Assembly (NCBI GenBank): GCA_937871355.1 | Contig: CALMPX010000206.1 | Span: 1 to 36,354 of the forward strand | Reading direction: 5' to 3' | DNA from: an uncultured Bdellovibrio sp. | Lineage (GTDB): Bacteria > Bdellovibrionota > Bdellovibrionia > Bdellovibrionales > Bdellovibrionaceae | Length of the DNA stretch: 36,354 bases | Shown: positions 1 through 7,964 of the stretch, one piece after another | Layout of the letters: each line of letters starts with the position of its first letter | Numbering within the stretch: the stretch's first letter is position 1 | The notes under the pieces: generated by a model | Told to the model about the DNA's origin: nothing | The model's input: only the letters and a program-made list of their open reading frames with translations | The model's database searches: none | Position numbers and translations under genes: made by a program

Positions 1-1
1 A

Positions 2-184
2 GAAATTACTCATTGGAAAGATATCGACCCTAATAAAAGAAGCGAAACTGAAATTACATTATATAAGATCTTTCGTTTAACTATGTTTCCTTTAGATTAC
101 AGATCGCAAAGTGAAATTGAGGCTATTTCTGGAAAGCCTATTGGCCCACCTGGGGCGTTTCCATTTATTGATTATGAATTGTAA
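2..184 (+). CDS. 3' end of an unidentified protein (partial, starts before the window)
   Basis: Frame 2 is open from position 2 to TAA at 182-184 (EITHWKDIDPNKRSE...PPGAFPFIDYEL*); no recognisable motif. Confidence 0.55.
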   Translation, partial: EITHWKDIDPNKRSETEITLYKIFRLTMFPLDYRSQSEIEAISGKPIGPPGAFPFIDYEL

Positions 185-226
185 TTTAAATCTATTGCTA
201 ACACTTCAGCATGGCAACTTCCCGCC

Positions 227-237
227 AGTCTATAGAA
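227..237 (+). repeat. Candidate attL core AGTCTATAGAA
   Basis: Identical to 12466-12476, which lies 60 bp after the integrase stop. Confidence 0.55.
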
Positions 238-262
238 CGATCTAAATATACAGAATTACTAC

Positions 263-314
263 AATCATTTCAAAAGAGTCTGACGGAAAATCGCCAGGCT
301 CTCTTGAATTGATT
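263..314. repeat. Long imperfect inverted repeat (23-nt arms, 6-nt loop)
   Basis: AATCATTTCAAAAGAGTCTGACG-gaaaat-CGCCAGGCTCTCTTGAATTGATT; 19/23 positions complementary. Confidence 0.8.
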
Positions 315-440
315 TATCTAAAATTATCTAAATTGAAAATACTTTCAAATACTTAGCCTAAAAAGTCTAACGTGCCACTCCAATTGCATTATCACTCCAG
401 CAAATAGCTCAATCACGAGCTTTTAACTAAGGAGTAAAAA

Positions 441-695
441 ATGAAATCCAATGCTGAGGCTTCTCGTCTATTCAATGAACTATACTTTAAATCTGAAGGT
501 CAAAAATTTCCTCGAAGAAAAATGTCTGAGACTTTAAACCGAATAAAAGATTGGTTTAACAAAGAACTTAGTTCGCCTGAAGTTTTACCCAAAGAGTTTA
601 ATGAAGTTATGCAGTCTCATAATTATCAGCCTCTTTCACAAAACCTGTCTTACGAAGTGATAAAAATGAATTTCTTATGGAGCAAAGCCTTATGA
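441..695 (+). CDS. Small hypothetical protein, first gene of the element operon
   Basis: Strong RBS AAGGAG at 429-434; ATGA overlap with the next ORF. Confidence 0.7.
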   Translation: MKSNAEASRLFNELYFKSEGQKFPRRKMSETLNRIKDWFNKELSSPEVLPKEFNEVMQSHNYQPLSQNLSYEVIKMNFLWSKAL

Positions 696-832
696 AATTT
701 TCTTTGAATCAACTTCGTCAGTCGTTTCGTGAGTTTTACGGGAACTTACCCATTGAAGAACTAGCCACAAATAGAAAACTAAGTGCTTCCATCGAAAGAA
801 TCGAATCCCTTTTTAGAAAGATTCTAGAATGA
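692..832 (+). CDS. Small hypothetical protein, 46 aa (absent from ORF track)
   Basis: MKFSLNQLRQSFREFYGNLPIEELATNRKLSASIERIESLFRKILE*; ATGA overlaps with both neighbours; resembles 829..1020. Confidence 0.7.
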   Translation: MKFSLNQLRQSFREFYGNLPIEELATNRKLSASIERIESLFRKILE

Positions 833-1020
833 CTTTATTGCTTAACAAAAAATTAAGCAGATTGAATATCATTTGTGAAATCAAAGAAGAGTTCTTGATC
901 TTATGGCGAGAGCTTTCACCTGCAACTAAACAAAATAAAAAATATCAGCAATCTATCGTTCGTTTATTAACTGATAGCGAAACTATCAAAAACAACCAAA
1001 ACAAGGAATTAGAAAAATGA
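829..1020 (+). CDS. Small hypothetical protein, 63 aa
   Basis: ATGA overlaps at both ends; similar to 692..832. Confidence 0.65.
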   Translation: MTLLLNKKLSRLNIICEIKEEFLILWRELSPATKQNKKYQQSIVRLLTDSETIKNNQNKELEK

Positions 1021-1391
1021 ACAAAAATGACAACACTGATCGCTTCCAAATTTATACCGGATTCAAAAAAGAAAACAATCTAGATGCTAGAATCCAAGTC
1101 GGAGCTGCCTTTAAAGATGAAAATGCCAGTCATTACACAGTTACACTTATGATGTTTCCTGGAATTAGATACTACCTGGTTAAAAACTTCAACCAAGTCG
1201 GAAAATACACAATTTTTGCGAAAATGATTTTTGATCCAACTCACCCCAGCAAGATGAAATTTTTAAATCCTGTAGGATACGGGCATTTAGACTCAAATCT
1301 TCAAAGCTATTTAGAGCTCAAGTTTCCACTTTTAAGATGCAGCCTATTTATGTCTCTATACCCTGATTCACTCAATCAGAAAGCGGCATAA
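1017..1391 (+). CDS. DUF736-like protein (putative ssDNA-binding)
   Basis: QVGAAF...HYTVTL and PVGYGH...YLELKFP...LFMSLY resemble the DUF736 IGAAW/Y-S-L-L-D-P pattern; RBS AAGGA upstream. Confidence 0.55.
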   Translation: MNKNDNTDRFQIYTGFKKENNLDARIQVGAAFKDENASHYTVTLMMFPGIRYYLVKNFNQVGKYTIFAKMIFDPTHPSKMKFLNPVGYGHLDSNLQSYLELKFPLLRCSLFMSLYPDSLNQKAA

Positions 1392-1675
1392 TGGTAAATT
1401 CAAGAAAATGGATTCCGTTTCTAGCCTCAGTGACAATTTTGATTTTACCTATGGTGGGTTTTTGCTCTGTTGAATCAAGTTTAGCTGCCGTGCAATCAAA
1501 ACTAATTGGAACTATTTTGCCTTTAGTTTCAATTATTGGATTAGTCATCGCTGCTATTTCATTCGTAGCAGGCTCCGCGAATGCTCGGGCCCATCTAACC
1601 TTAGCCATTATTGGCGCAGCTATTGGTTTTGGTGCTCCTAGCATCGTGAGCTGGATTCAGTCTCTAATTCACTAA
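1391..1675 (+). CDS. virB2: VirB2/TrbC-like T4SS pilin
   Basis: 94 aa, leader plus two hydrophobic helices (GTILPLVSIIGLVIAAISF; LAIIGAAIGFGAPSIV), first gene before virB3-virB4. Confidence 0.8.
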   Translation: MVNSRKWIPFLASVTILILPMVGFCSVESSLAAVQSKLIGTILPLVSIIGLVIAAISFVAGSANARAHLTLAIIGAAIGFGAPSIVSWIQSLIH

Positions 1676-1687
1676 CGTATTTCATAC

Positions 1688-1706
1688 GGGCGAGATTCAC
1701 TCGCCC
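1688..1706 (+). terminator. GC-rich stem-loop after the pilin gene (mRNA stabiliser or leaky terminator)
   Basis: GGGCGAG-attca-CTCGCCC followed by TCTT. Confidence 0.6.
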
Positions 1707-1724
1707 TCTTAAAAGGAAAAACTT

Positions 1725-2048
1725 ATGGAATTAAAGACTACTGAAGTCAGCCGGTGCTTAGATAAAAAAATGGAGATGCTAGGGTTTGAAGTCCCTGATC
1801 TGCTTATCATCTTTATAACTATCTCAGTTCTAAACTTTATTTTTAGTACCAGTGATATGAGATGGCTCTTTGTTTGGACGCCGAGCTTATTACTTACTGG
1901 AATCATAAAATGGAGTAAAAAAGGAAAACCCGATAACTACTTAGTCCATTGGCTCAGGTTTCAAATTAAGCCAGGCATTTTAAAAGCTTTTAATAATCCA
2001 ACCAATGATTTCCCCTCACCGTCTTTACAGAAAGAGAAAATTATATGA
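1725..2048 (+). CDS. virB3: VirB3/TraL/PrgI-like membrane protein
   Basis: 107 aa, two TM segments, LGFEVPD and KGKPDNYL; overlaps the virB4 start (ATGA). Confidence 0.7.
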   Translation: MELKTTEVSRCLDKKMEMLGFEVPDLLIIFITISVLNFIFSTSDMRWLFVWTPSLLLTGIIKWSKKGKPDNYLVHWLRFQIKPGILKAFNNPTNDFPSPSLQKEKII

Positions 2049-4465
2049 ATTCATCAAACTTAGCCGACTATTTACAAGTATGGGGATTAGAAGATCATCA
2101 TGTCATTTTTCGTGATGGAAGCTTTGGTTTTGGATTTTCCTTATTGCCTACAGATGCAAGCTGCTGGTCGTTAGATTTAGCTAACGAATACTCGTACAAG
2201 CTTATGAGTTTTTTAAATGGATTGAGTGTTGGTTTAGATTTGCAATTCATGGCCGATATTTCTCCTGGCAACGAATCTATTATTCAAAAACATAAAGATT
2301 CAAATCTATCCGCCGATCCTATTGTTTGCGAAATTACCCAAAACCGTGCAGATCGTTTCTTAGACTATGATCAAAAAGGACTTTTACCTTCACATGGTCT
2401 AAAATTATTTGTTCGACGTCAGCCTAAATCGGCTTTGATCGAAAAAACTAATCTGTTTAAGAAGAATCAAAACTTTTCAGAAATTTCAGATGAACGTTTA
2501 AAACAAGAACTTGCTATAAATGAAAGATTGATTTCCGATTTGACATCCGAACTCAACAGGCTTTCCCTTCGCCCTCAGTTATTAACTGCCGAAGAAATTT
2601 TAAATCTGATTTATAAACAATGGAACCCATCTCGTTCCATTGAACTCGGTCATGTAGATCCCCACTACATCCGAGAGGGGTTATTGTTTACCGATGTCGG
2701 TCTTTACAACACAGGCTTTGAATTAGGTGATTACAAATACAAAGTCATCTCGCTTAAGCTTTTACCAGAGCAAACCTTTGCAACTATGGCGAGTCGCTTA
2801 CGTGAACTTCCTTTCGACTCTCAGGTCTTTTTAACAATCCATGTTCCCGATCAAACAAAGGAAATTGAAAGTCTAAAAACACAACGTCGTATGGCGTATG
2901 CGATGGTAACGGGAAAAAGAACTGGCGTTTCAGATCTTGAATCAAGAGCTAAGCTTAACGACCTTGAAAAATTATTAGAACAAATGGTCGCAAGTGGAGA
3001 AAAAGTTTTCCAAATGAGTCTTCAAATAGTGCTGAAATCTCAAAATACAGACGAGCTTGACGCAAAAGTCTCTGAAACCTTATCAAAGCTTCGTGAAATG
3101 GCTGGTATCGAAGCTATGGAGGAAACTTTAGCGAGCTTCGATATTTTTAGTGAAATTGCCGTTCCTCATGCAAAAACTCATGAGCGTACTAAAAGGATTA
3201 AGTCGAGTAACCTCTGTGATCTATTACCTGTCTACGGTCCTTGGAAAGGCCATAGCGAGCCCAAGATCCTACTTCGCTCAAGATTAGGCTCACTAATGAG
3301 TTTTAATCCTTTTTCGAGTGATTTAGGAAATTTTAATCAAATCATAAGTGGTGGCTCCGGTAGTGGTAAATCCTATTTAACCAATCTTTTGATGATGCAA
3401 ATGTTTAAAGACAATCCAAAAGTTTTCATCATCGACATTGGCGGAAGCTATGAAAAATTATGTAACAACTTTAAAGGTCAGTACATTCACTTAGGTGTCG
3501 ATACAAAACTAAGCATTAATCCGTTTGATTTACCTGTTGGTGAAGCTGTACCAACAAGTCAAAAAATCAAGTTTTTATTGAGTTTAGTTGAAATTATGAC
3601 AAAAGAAAATGAACAGGAACAACTCGGAAAACTTGAGAAATCTCTCATAGAATCTGCCATTGAAGAAGTTTATGAAACATCGCAAGCTCCAAGGTTATCT
3701 GATTTAAAAAACATTCTTTTGAATCACCCAGAGAAATCATTAGTTCGTATTGGAAAAATATTAAATTCTTGGTGTGGAAACTCAGCTTACGGGAAATTTG
3801 TTGATCAACCTACTACCCTACAACTTAATTCCAATATAGTCAGTTTTGATTTGAAAGGCATGGATGACTACGAGGATCTTCAAGCAGCTTGTTTGTTTAT
3901 TATCACTGATTATGTTTGGCGTGAAGTTCAACAAGACCGATCAAAAATGAAATTTCTTGTATTTGATGAGTGTTGGAAATTAATGGAGAACGACTCAGCT
4001 CAAATTTTCATTAGTGAAGTTTTTAGGACTTTCCGAAAATATATGGCTTCAGTTATTGCGATTTCTCAAAATATGGATGATTTTGCCAAAAGTAAAATTG
4101 CTACAGCCATTCTTCCTAATTCTTCAATTAAATGGGTTCTAAAACAAAAGGGCTCTGACTTTGAAAGACTAAAAGATATTTTAAGTTTAAATCCGAATGA
4201 AATTCAATTAATTCAAAGCTTAAGTCAAGAGCGCGGAGTTTATTCTGAAGCTTTCCTCATGGCCGAAGATAATAAAGCTGTCGTATTAATCGAATCATCA
4301 CCTTTAGAGTATTGGCTAGCAACGACCGACGGCCGAGATTTAGGAAAGATTCAGGAATATAAAGCGAAGTACTCAGAACTTGACGAATTATCTCTTTTAA
4401 AGAAACTCGCTCAAGATTTTCCGATTGGATTTGCGGCGTCAAAAAACAATGGAGCAAAATTATAA
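2045..4465 (+). CDS. virB4: VirB4/TraC-family T4SS ATPase
   Basis: 806 aa; Walker A GGSGSGKS, IIDIGGSY, INPFD, Walker B LVFDECW, RTFRKY...ISQ. Confidence 0.93.
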   Translation: MNSSNLADYLQVWGLEDHHVIFRDGSFGFGFSLLPTDASCWSLDLANEYSYKLMSFLNGLSVGLDLQFMADISPGNESIIQKHKDSNLSADPIVCEITQNRADRFLDYDQKGLLPSHGLKLFVRRQPKSALIEKTNLFKKNQNFSEISDERLKQELAINERLISDLTSELNRLSLRPQLLTAEEILNLIYKQWNPSRSIELGHVDPHYIREGLLFTDVGLYNTGFELGDYKYKVISLKLLPEQTFATMASRLRELPFDSQVFLTIHVPDQTKEIESLKTQRRMAYAMVTGKRTGVSDLESRAKLNDLEKLLEQMVASGEKVFQMSLQIVLKSQNTDELDAKVSETLSKLREMAGIEAMEETLASFDIFSEIAVPHAKTHERTKRIKSSNLCDLLPVYGPWKGHSEPKILLRSRLGSLMSFNPFSSDLGNFNQIISGGSGSGKSYLTNLLMMQMFKDNPKVFIIDIGGSYEKLCNNFKGQYIHLGVDTKLSINPFDLPVGEAVPTSQKIKFLLSLVEIMTKENEQEQLGKLEKSLIESAIEEVYETSQAPRLSDLKNILLNHPEKSLVRIGKILNSWCGNSAYGKFVDQPTTLQLNSNIVSFDLKGMDDYEDLQAACLFIITDYVWREVQQDRSKMKFLVFDECWKLMENDSAQIFISEVFRTFRKYMASVIAISQNMDDFAKSKIATAILPNSSIKWVLKQKGSDFERLKDILSLNPNEIQLIQSLSQERGVYSEAFLMAEDNKAVVLIESSPLEYWLATTDGRDLGKIQEYKAKYSELDELSLLKKLAQDFPIGFAASKNNGAKL

Positions 4466-5151
4466 TGAAAAAACTATCTTTATATTTTTTAATTCCTATT
4501 TCGTTTTTGTTTCCTATGCAATCTAAAGCCGACTTTTTCGGTGGTGATCTTATCTACTTAGCTCAAATTTTAGAGAATGCTATTCGTCAATACAAAGAGC
4601 TTCAAGCTATTATGGAAAACAATAAAGATCAGTTAGAACTCATGCGTGCCATTAATCAGGGAATTAATGATTCCTTAAATCTGGTCAGAACCGTTTACCC
4701 TAATATCGACTCTGGGGTTTATAACGATTGGTCTAACGCTAGCGATTCAATCAAAAAGCTGACCGATATTTATGGAGAGATTACACAGTCTCCGATGAAA
4801 CGTATTTATCAAGACACCGATCAAAGCGTTGCTGAGGCTATTACGTTAAATAACGACATTTATAAATATACAAAAAACATCGACGAGCTTGGTGAAGTTA
4901 TAAAAGATGTCAGTCACGACGTTTCCCCCGGAGGAGCACAAAAGCTGACAGCACAAACTCTTGGCGTAGTTCTGCACGTGATGAATCAGACTTTAAGAAC
5001 TCAAGCCACTGGACTAAAGCTTCAAGCTCAAACCATCGCACTGAACAATAAAAAAGAAAAAGACTCAACCAGGCAATATTTAGATACGGCTAATACCCTT
5101 AAGCAAGCCATGAAATCAGATAACATCAAATTTCAATCACCACGATTTTAA
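4465..5151 (+). CDS. VirB5/TrbJ-like secreted helical T4SS protein
   Basis: Signal peptide (...QSKA), helical Q/L-rich body, position between virB4 and virB6. Confidence 0.6.
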   Translation: MKKLSLYFLIPISFLFPMQSKADFFGGDLIYLAQILENAIRQYKELQAIMENNKDQLELMRAINQGINDSLNLVRTVYPNIDSGVYNDWSNASDSIKKLTDIYGEITQSPMKRIYQDTDQSVAEAITLNNDIYKYTKNIDELGEVIKDVSHDVSPGGAQKLTAQTLGVVLHVMNQTLRTQATGLKLQAQTIALNNKKEKDSTRQYLDTANTLKQAMKSDNIKFQSPRF

Positions 5152-5162
5152 AGGAAAAAAGA

Positions 5163-6056
5163 ATGTTTACAGATATGAATTGGCTCGCCACCGAGTCACG
5201 GAAAATCCATGAGATTTTTAGCTCTTACTTTTACCTTTTAGTCACAGTGTTACTTTTGTTAGGTATTCTGGTTGAGTATTTTAAGTGGCCTTTAGGACAA
5301 GTACCACAATTCTCTCAATTGATCGGAAGAGCATTAGTCGCAGCCCTTTTGCTTCATGCCTACCCCGAAATTACAAATATCATTGCCGACGTAACCGATG
5401 CCGTGGCGCAAAGACTGGGAGATCTAAATAACTTTAAACTTATTCTTGATCGCATGGGAGATAAGCTTGGAGAACTCAGTTGGTCTTGGGTTTCTATAAA
5501 AGAATCAGTTATGTTACTTTTAAGTTTTTTAACTTTTTTCATACTGTATATATCCATTTATATTGCGGATAGCTTTTATATCTTCGTATGGGTCGTGCTT
5601 TACGTTTTCTCACCGCTGCTTATAGCATTGTATGTATTACCTGTTACAGCGCCCGCCACATCAGCTTTGTTTAGATCGCTTTTTGAAGTCGCCAGCTGGA
5701 AAATCGTTTGGAGCGTTATCGCGACATTACTTTGGAGTAGTGCTTTAAGTAAGATCAATCAAGATGGAAGTCAGATTAACTTCTTAACTGCTATTTGCTT
5801 TAATATCATTCTAGCAGGATCTCTTTTGCTTACTCCCTTCCTCGTACACGGATTGATGGGTTCAGGAGTGTCTCAAATGACTAAGGATCTAGGCTCTCTG
5901 GCTATTGGCGGATTAACTCTAAACCCTGGAACTGCTGTTTCAGCATCAAAAGCCATTATTGATAAGAGCCTACCAGGATCATCACCGAGTAATCCCCGTC
6001 AAAATTATAAATCTTCTGCCTCAAGTAATTCTCCTCGAAAAACAATTAAATCATAA
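5163..6056 (+). CDS. virB6: VirB6/TrbL-like polytopic membrane protein
   Basis: Multiple TM helices, SPLLIALYVLP motif, low-complexity Ser-rich tail. Confidence 0.72.
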   Translation: MFTDMNWLATESRKIHEIFSSYFYLLVTVLLLLGILVEYFKWPLGQVPQFSQLIGRALVAALLLHAYPEITNIIADVTDAVAQRLGDLNNFKLILDRMGDKLGELSWSWVSIKESVMLLLSFLTFFILYISIYIADSFYIFVWVVLYVFSPLLIALYVLPVTAPATSALFRSLFEVASWKIVWSVIATLLWSSALSKINQDGSQINFLTAICFNIILAGSLLLTPFLVHGLMGSGVSQMTKDLGSLAIGGLTLNPGTAVSASKAIIDKSLPGSSPSNPRQNYKSSASSNSPRKTIKS

Positions 6057-6068
6057 AGGATTTAGAAA

Positions 6069-6611
6069 ATGAAATACACAAATGCGTGGTCAGAAATGGC
6101 TTCACAAAATCGAACTCTTAAATTAGTCACTTTTTTCTTATTCGCAATCTGCCTCACTTTATCTGTAATCACTTTAAAAATAAGTTTTAAAGAAGCCTTG
6201 ATTATCGACCGTGGATGCTTTTCTTCTGCTTTGAATGCTGGGAAAGACGAAAGAACTTTTACTGAAATCGAAAGCTTTATCAAAGCAGCGTTGGCTGAAA
6301 GATTTGATTCAGATTCTTTACATAAGGGATTTATCACTGCTGATGAGAAAAAATTAAAAGACTTAGAGCAAAAAGAATTTTTATCCCGAAATATTAAGCA
6401 AAAAGTCATTGTCAACTCTGTCTCGCAGACAAAGGAAGGCTTTATAGTCAACTCTGACAGATTGATTTCAGTCGGCGATATCCGTTCTGCTTTTCGATTT
6501 CCCCTAAATATACAAATTCAGACCCAAAACCGTTCAGAATATAATCCTTATGGATTGATTCTTGTTTCAACCCAAACTTTTAATGAGAAAGTGAAAAAAG
6601 ATGAAAAATAG
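6069..6611 (+). CDS. VirB8/TraE-like protein
   Basis: Single N-terminal TM; C-terminal RSEYNPYGLIL matches the VirB8 NPxG motif. Confidence 0.75.
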   Translation: MKYTNAWSEMASQNRTLKLVTFFLFAICLTLSVITLKISFKEALIIDRGCFSSALNAGKDERTFTEIESFIKAALAERFDSDSLHKGFITADEKKLKDLEQKEFLSRNIKQKVIVNSVSQTKEGFIVNSDRLISVGDIRSAFRFPLNIQIQTQNRSEYNPYGLILVSTQTFNEKVKKDEK

Positions 6612-7086
6612 TTCTGTGGAAAAAAAGAAAAATTTTAAGTCACAAGTATTATGTTTCTTGTATGAGCTTATTAATATCTTAAGCATTACAACTTTGATTT
6701 GTTTGGTTATTTGGCTGTTGCTTCGAGGGGAAGATGTACACGCAAAAACAGGAGTCCGAGTATCTAAGCAACCAAAAATTAAAAATGTTTATTGCGATGA
6801 TTCTAAAATGGTTCCTATCCTAGTAAAGCCTACTTTTACAACCATACTGAATTTTCCAGTAAAACCTGATAGCGTTGTCTTAGGCAGTCAAAAACTATTT
6901 TCAGTTGATTACATCAAAAGCGACTTAGCCATAAATAGTTTAACGTCCAATTCTAAAACAAACCTTTTTGTTTACCTGTTCGGACGTAGATGTGGATTTG
7001 AGTTAAGGACTTCGCACGGAGATCATGACAATCTCGTTCTTGTACGAGATCCAGAAGAAAACAAAATCAAAGTGCAAATTCAGTAA
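6601..7086 (+). CDS. Short VirB9/TraK-like protein
   Basis: N-terminal hydrophobic segment, beta-rich domain (FTTILNFP, KTNLFVY); lies between virB8 and virB10. Confidence 0.6.
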   Translation: MKNSSVEKKKNFKSQVLCFLYELINILSITTLICLVIWLLLRGEDVHAKTGVRVSKQPKIKNVYCDDSKMVPILVKPTFTTILNFPVKPDSVVLGSQKLFSVDYIKSDLAINSLTSNSKTNLFVYLFGRRCGFELRTSHGDHDNLVLVRDPEENKIKVQIQ

Positions 7087-7091
7087 ATCTT

Positions 7092-7964
7092 ATGACAGAA
7101 GAAACACAAGTTAAACCTGCAAAAAATAAGGGAGCCAAGTCCCGCTGGGGACTTGGCTCCCTTATCTATAAAACTGAAGGTAAAAAAAGAAGTCTCAATA
7201 CTAAGCTCATCATTTTTTTGCTGGGAATTTTCGTTATATTAAGCACAACCTATTCATTGATATCAGCATTTTTCGATCCAGCTCAGATCGGGAATGAAAC
7301 TATTGGACTAAAAACTATTTTGAATGGCCAATCACAAAATGATGAATTAGTTCAATTAGATTCCAAAAATACAACTACGAAAAGAAAAGTAACAAGTAGT
7401 AAATATTTTGCGGGAGCACAGATTATCAATCGTCAAAATAAAGTCAAAATTCCGGGTGGAACATTGGTCAAGGCTCAAGTCCTAACTCAATCACCACAAG
7501 GACATATTCGCGCCGTATTGAGTGAGCCTGTCATTATACAAGGTGAAGAAATCATATCCTCAGGCTCAACTATTTCTGGCGTTGGTCTATCTAATGATGA
7601 CCGTCTGCATGTTAGGTTTAATAAAATGCTCGATAAGAGCGGTAAAACCTATACGATTGAAGCTTTAGCTTGTGATGAATCAGACCAAGCTCTCGGTATT
7701 AAAGGAAAAAAATCCACTCGAGCAGCGTGGCTTATGGCAACGAGTACAGGATTGAGTGTACTTTCACAAGTCTCACAAGGAATAAATAGCTACTCGACAC
7801 CAGAAGAAACTCTCGAAGAGCAACTCAAGAAACGCGCCGTCGGCGAAGCTTCAAAAAACACACTTGAACAGTCCCAAAACTACTTATCCGATTTCAAAAA
7901 CCAGAAAACTACAATCCAAGTCGATTCTGGAACTGCGATTTATATCTTATTTGAAGGTGAATAA
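7092..7964 (+). CDS. virB10: VirB10/TrbI/TraM-like core complex protein
   Basis: TM anchor, IPGGTLVKA, ISSGSTISG, RLHVRF, LGIKG, IQVDSGTAIYILF. Confidence 0.82.
   Translation: MTEETQVKPAKNKGAKSRWGLGSLIYKTEGKKRSLNTKLIIFLLGIFVILSTTYSLISAFFDPAQIGNETIGLKTILNGQSQNDELVQLDSKNTTTKRKVTSSKYFAGAQIINRQNKVKIPGGTLVKAQVLTQSPQGHIRAVLSEPVIIQGEEIISSGSTISGVGLSNDDRLHVRFNKMLDKSGKTYTIEALACDESDQALGIKGKKSTRAAWLMATSTGLSVLSQVSQGINSYSTPEETLEEQLKKRAVGEASKNTLEQSQNYLSDFKNQKTTIQVDSGTAIYILFEGE

Noticed and set aside
373-388. TGCCACTCCAATTGCA as the sigma54 promoter of the element
   Set aside because: Spacing fits, but the invariant GG at -24 is GC; not called without TSS data.
422-433. 12-bp TTTAACTAAGGA matching the reverse complement of 12924-12935 as terminal inverted repeats
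   Set aside because: Both are the RBS context directly before start codons; no transposase is present.
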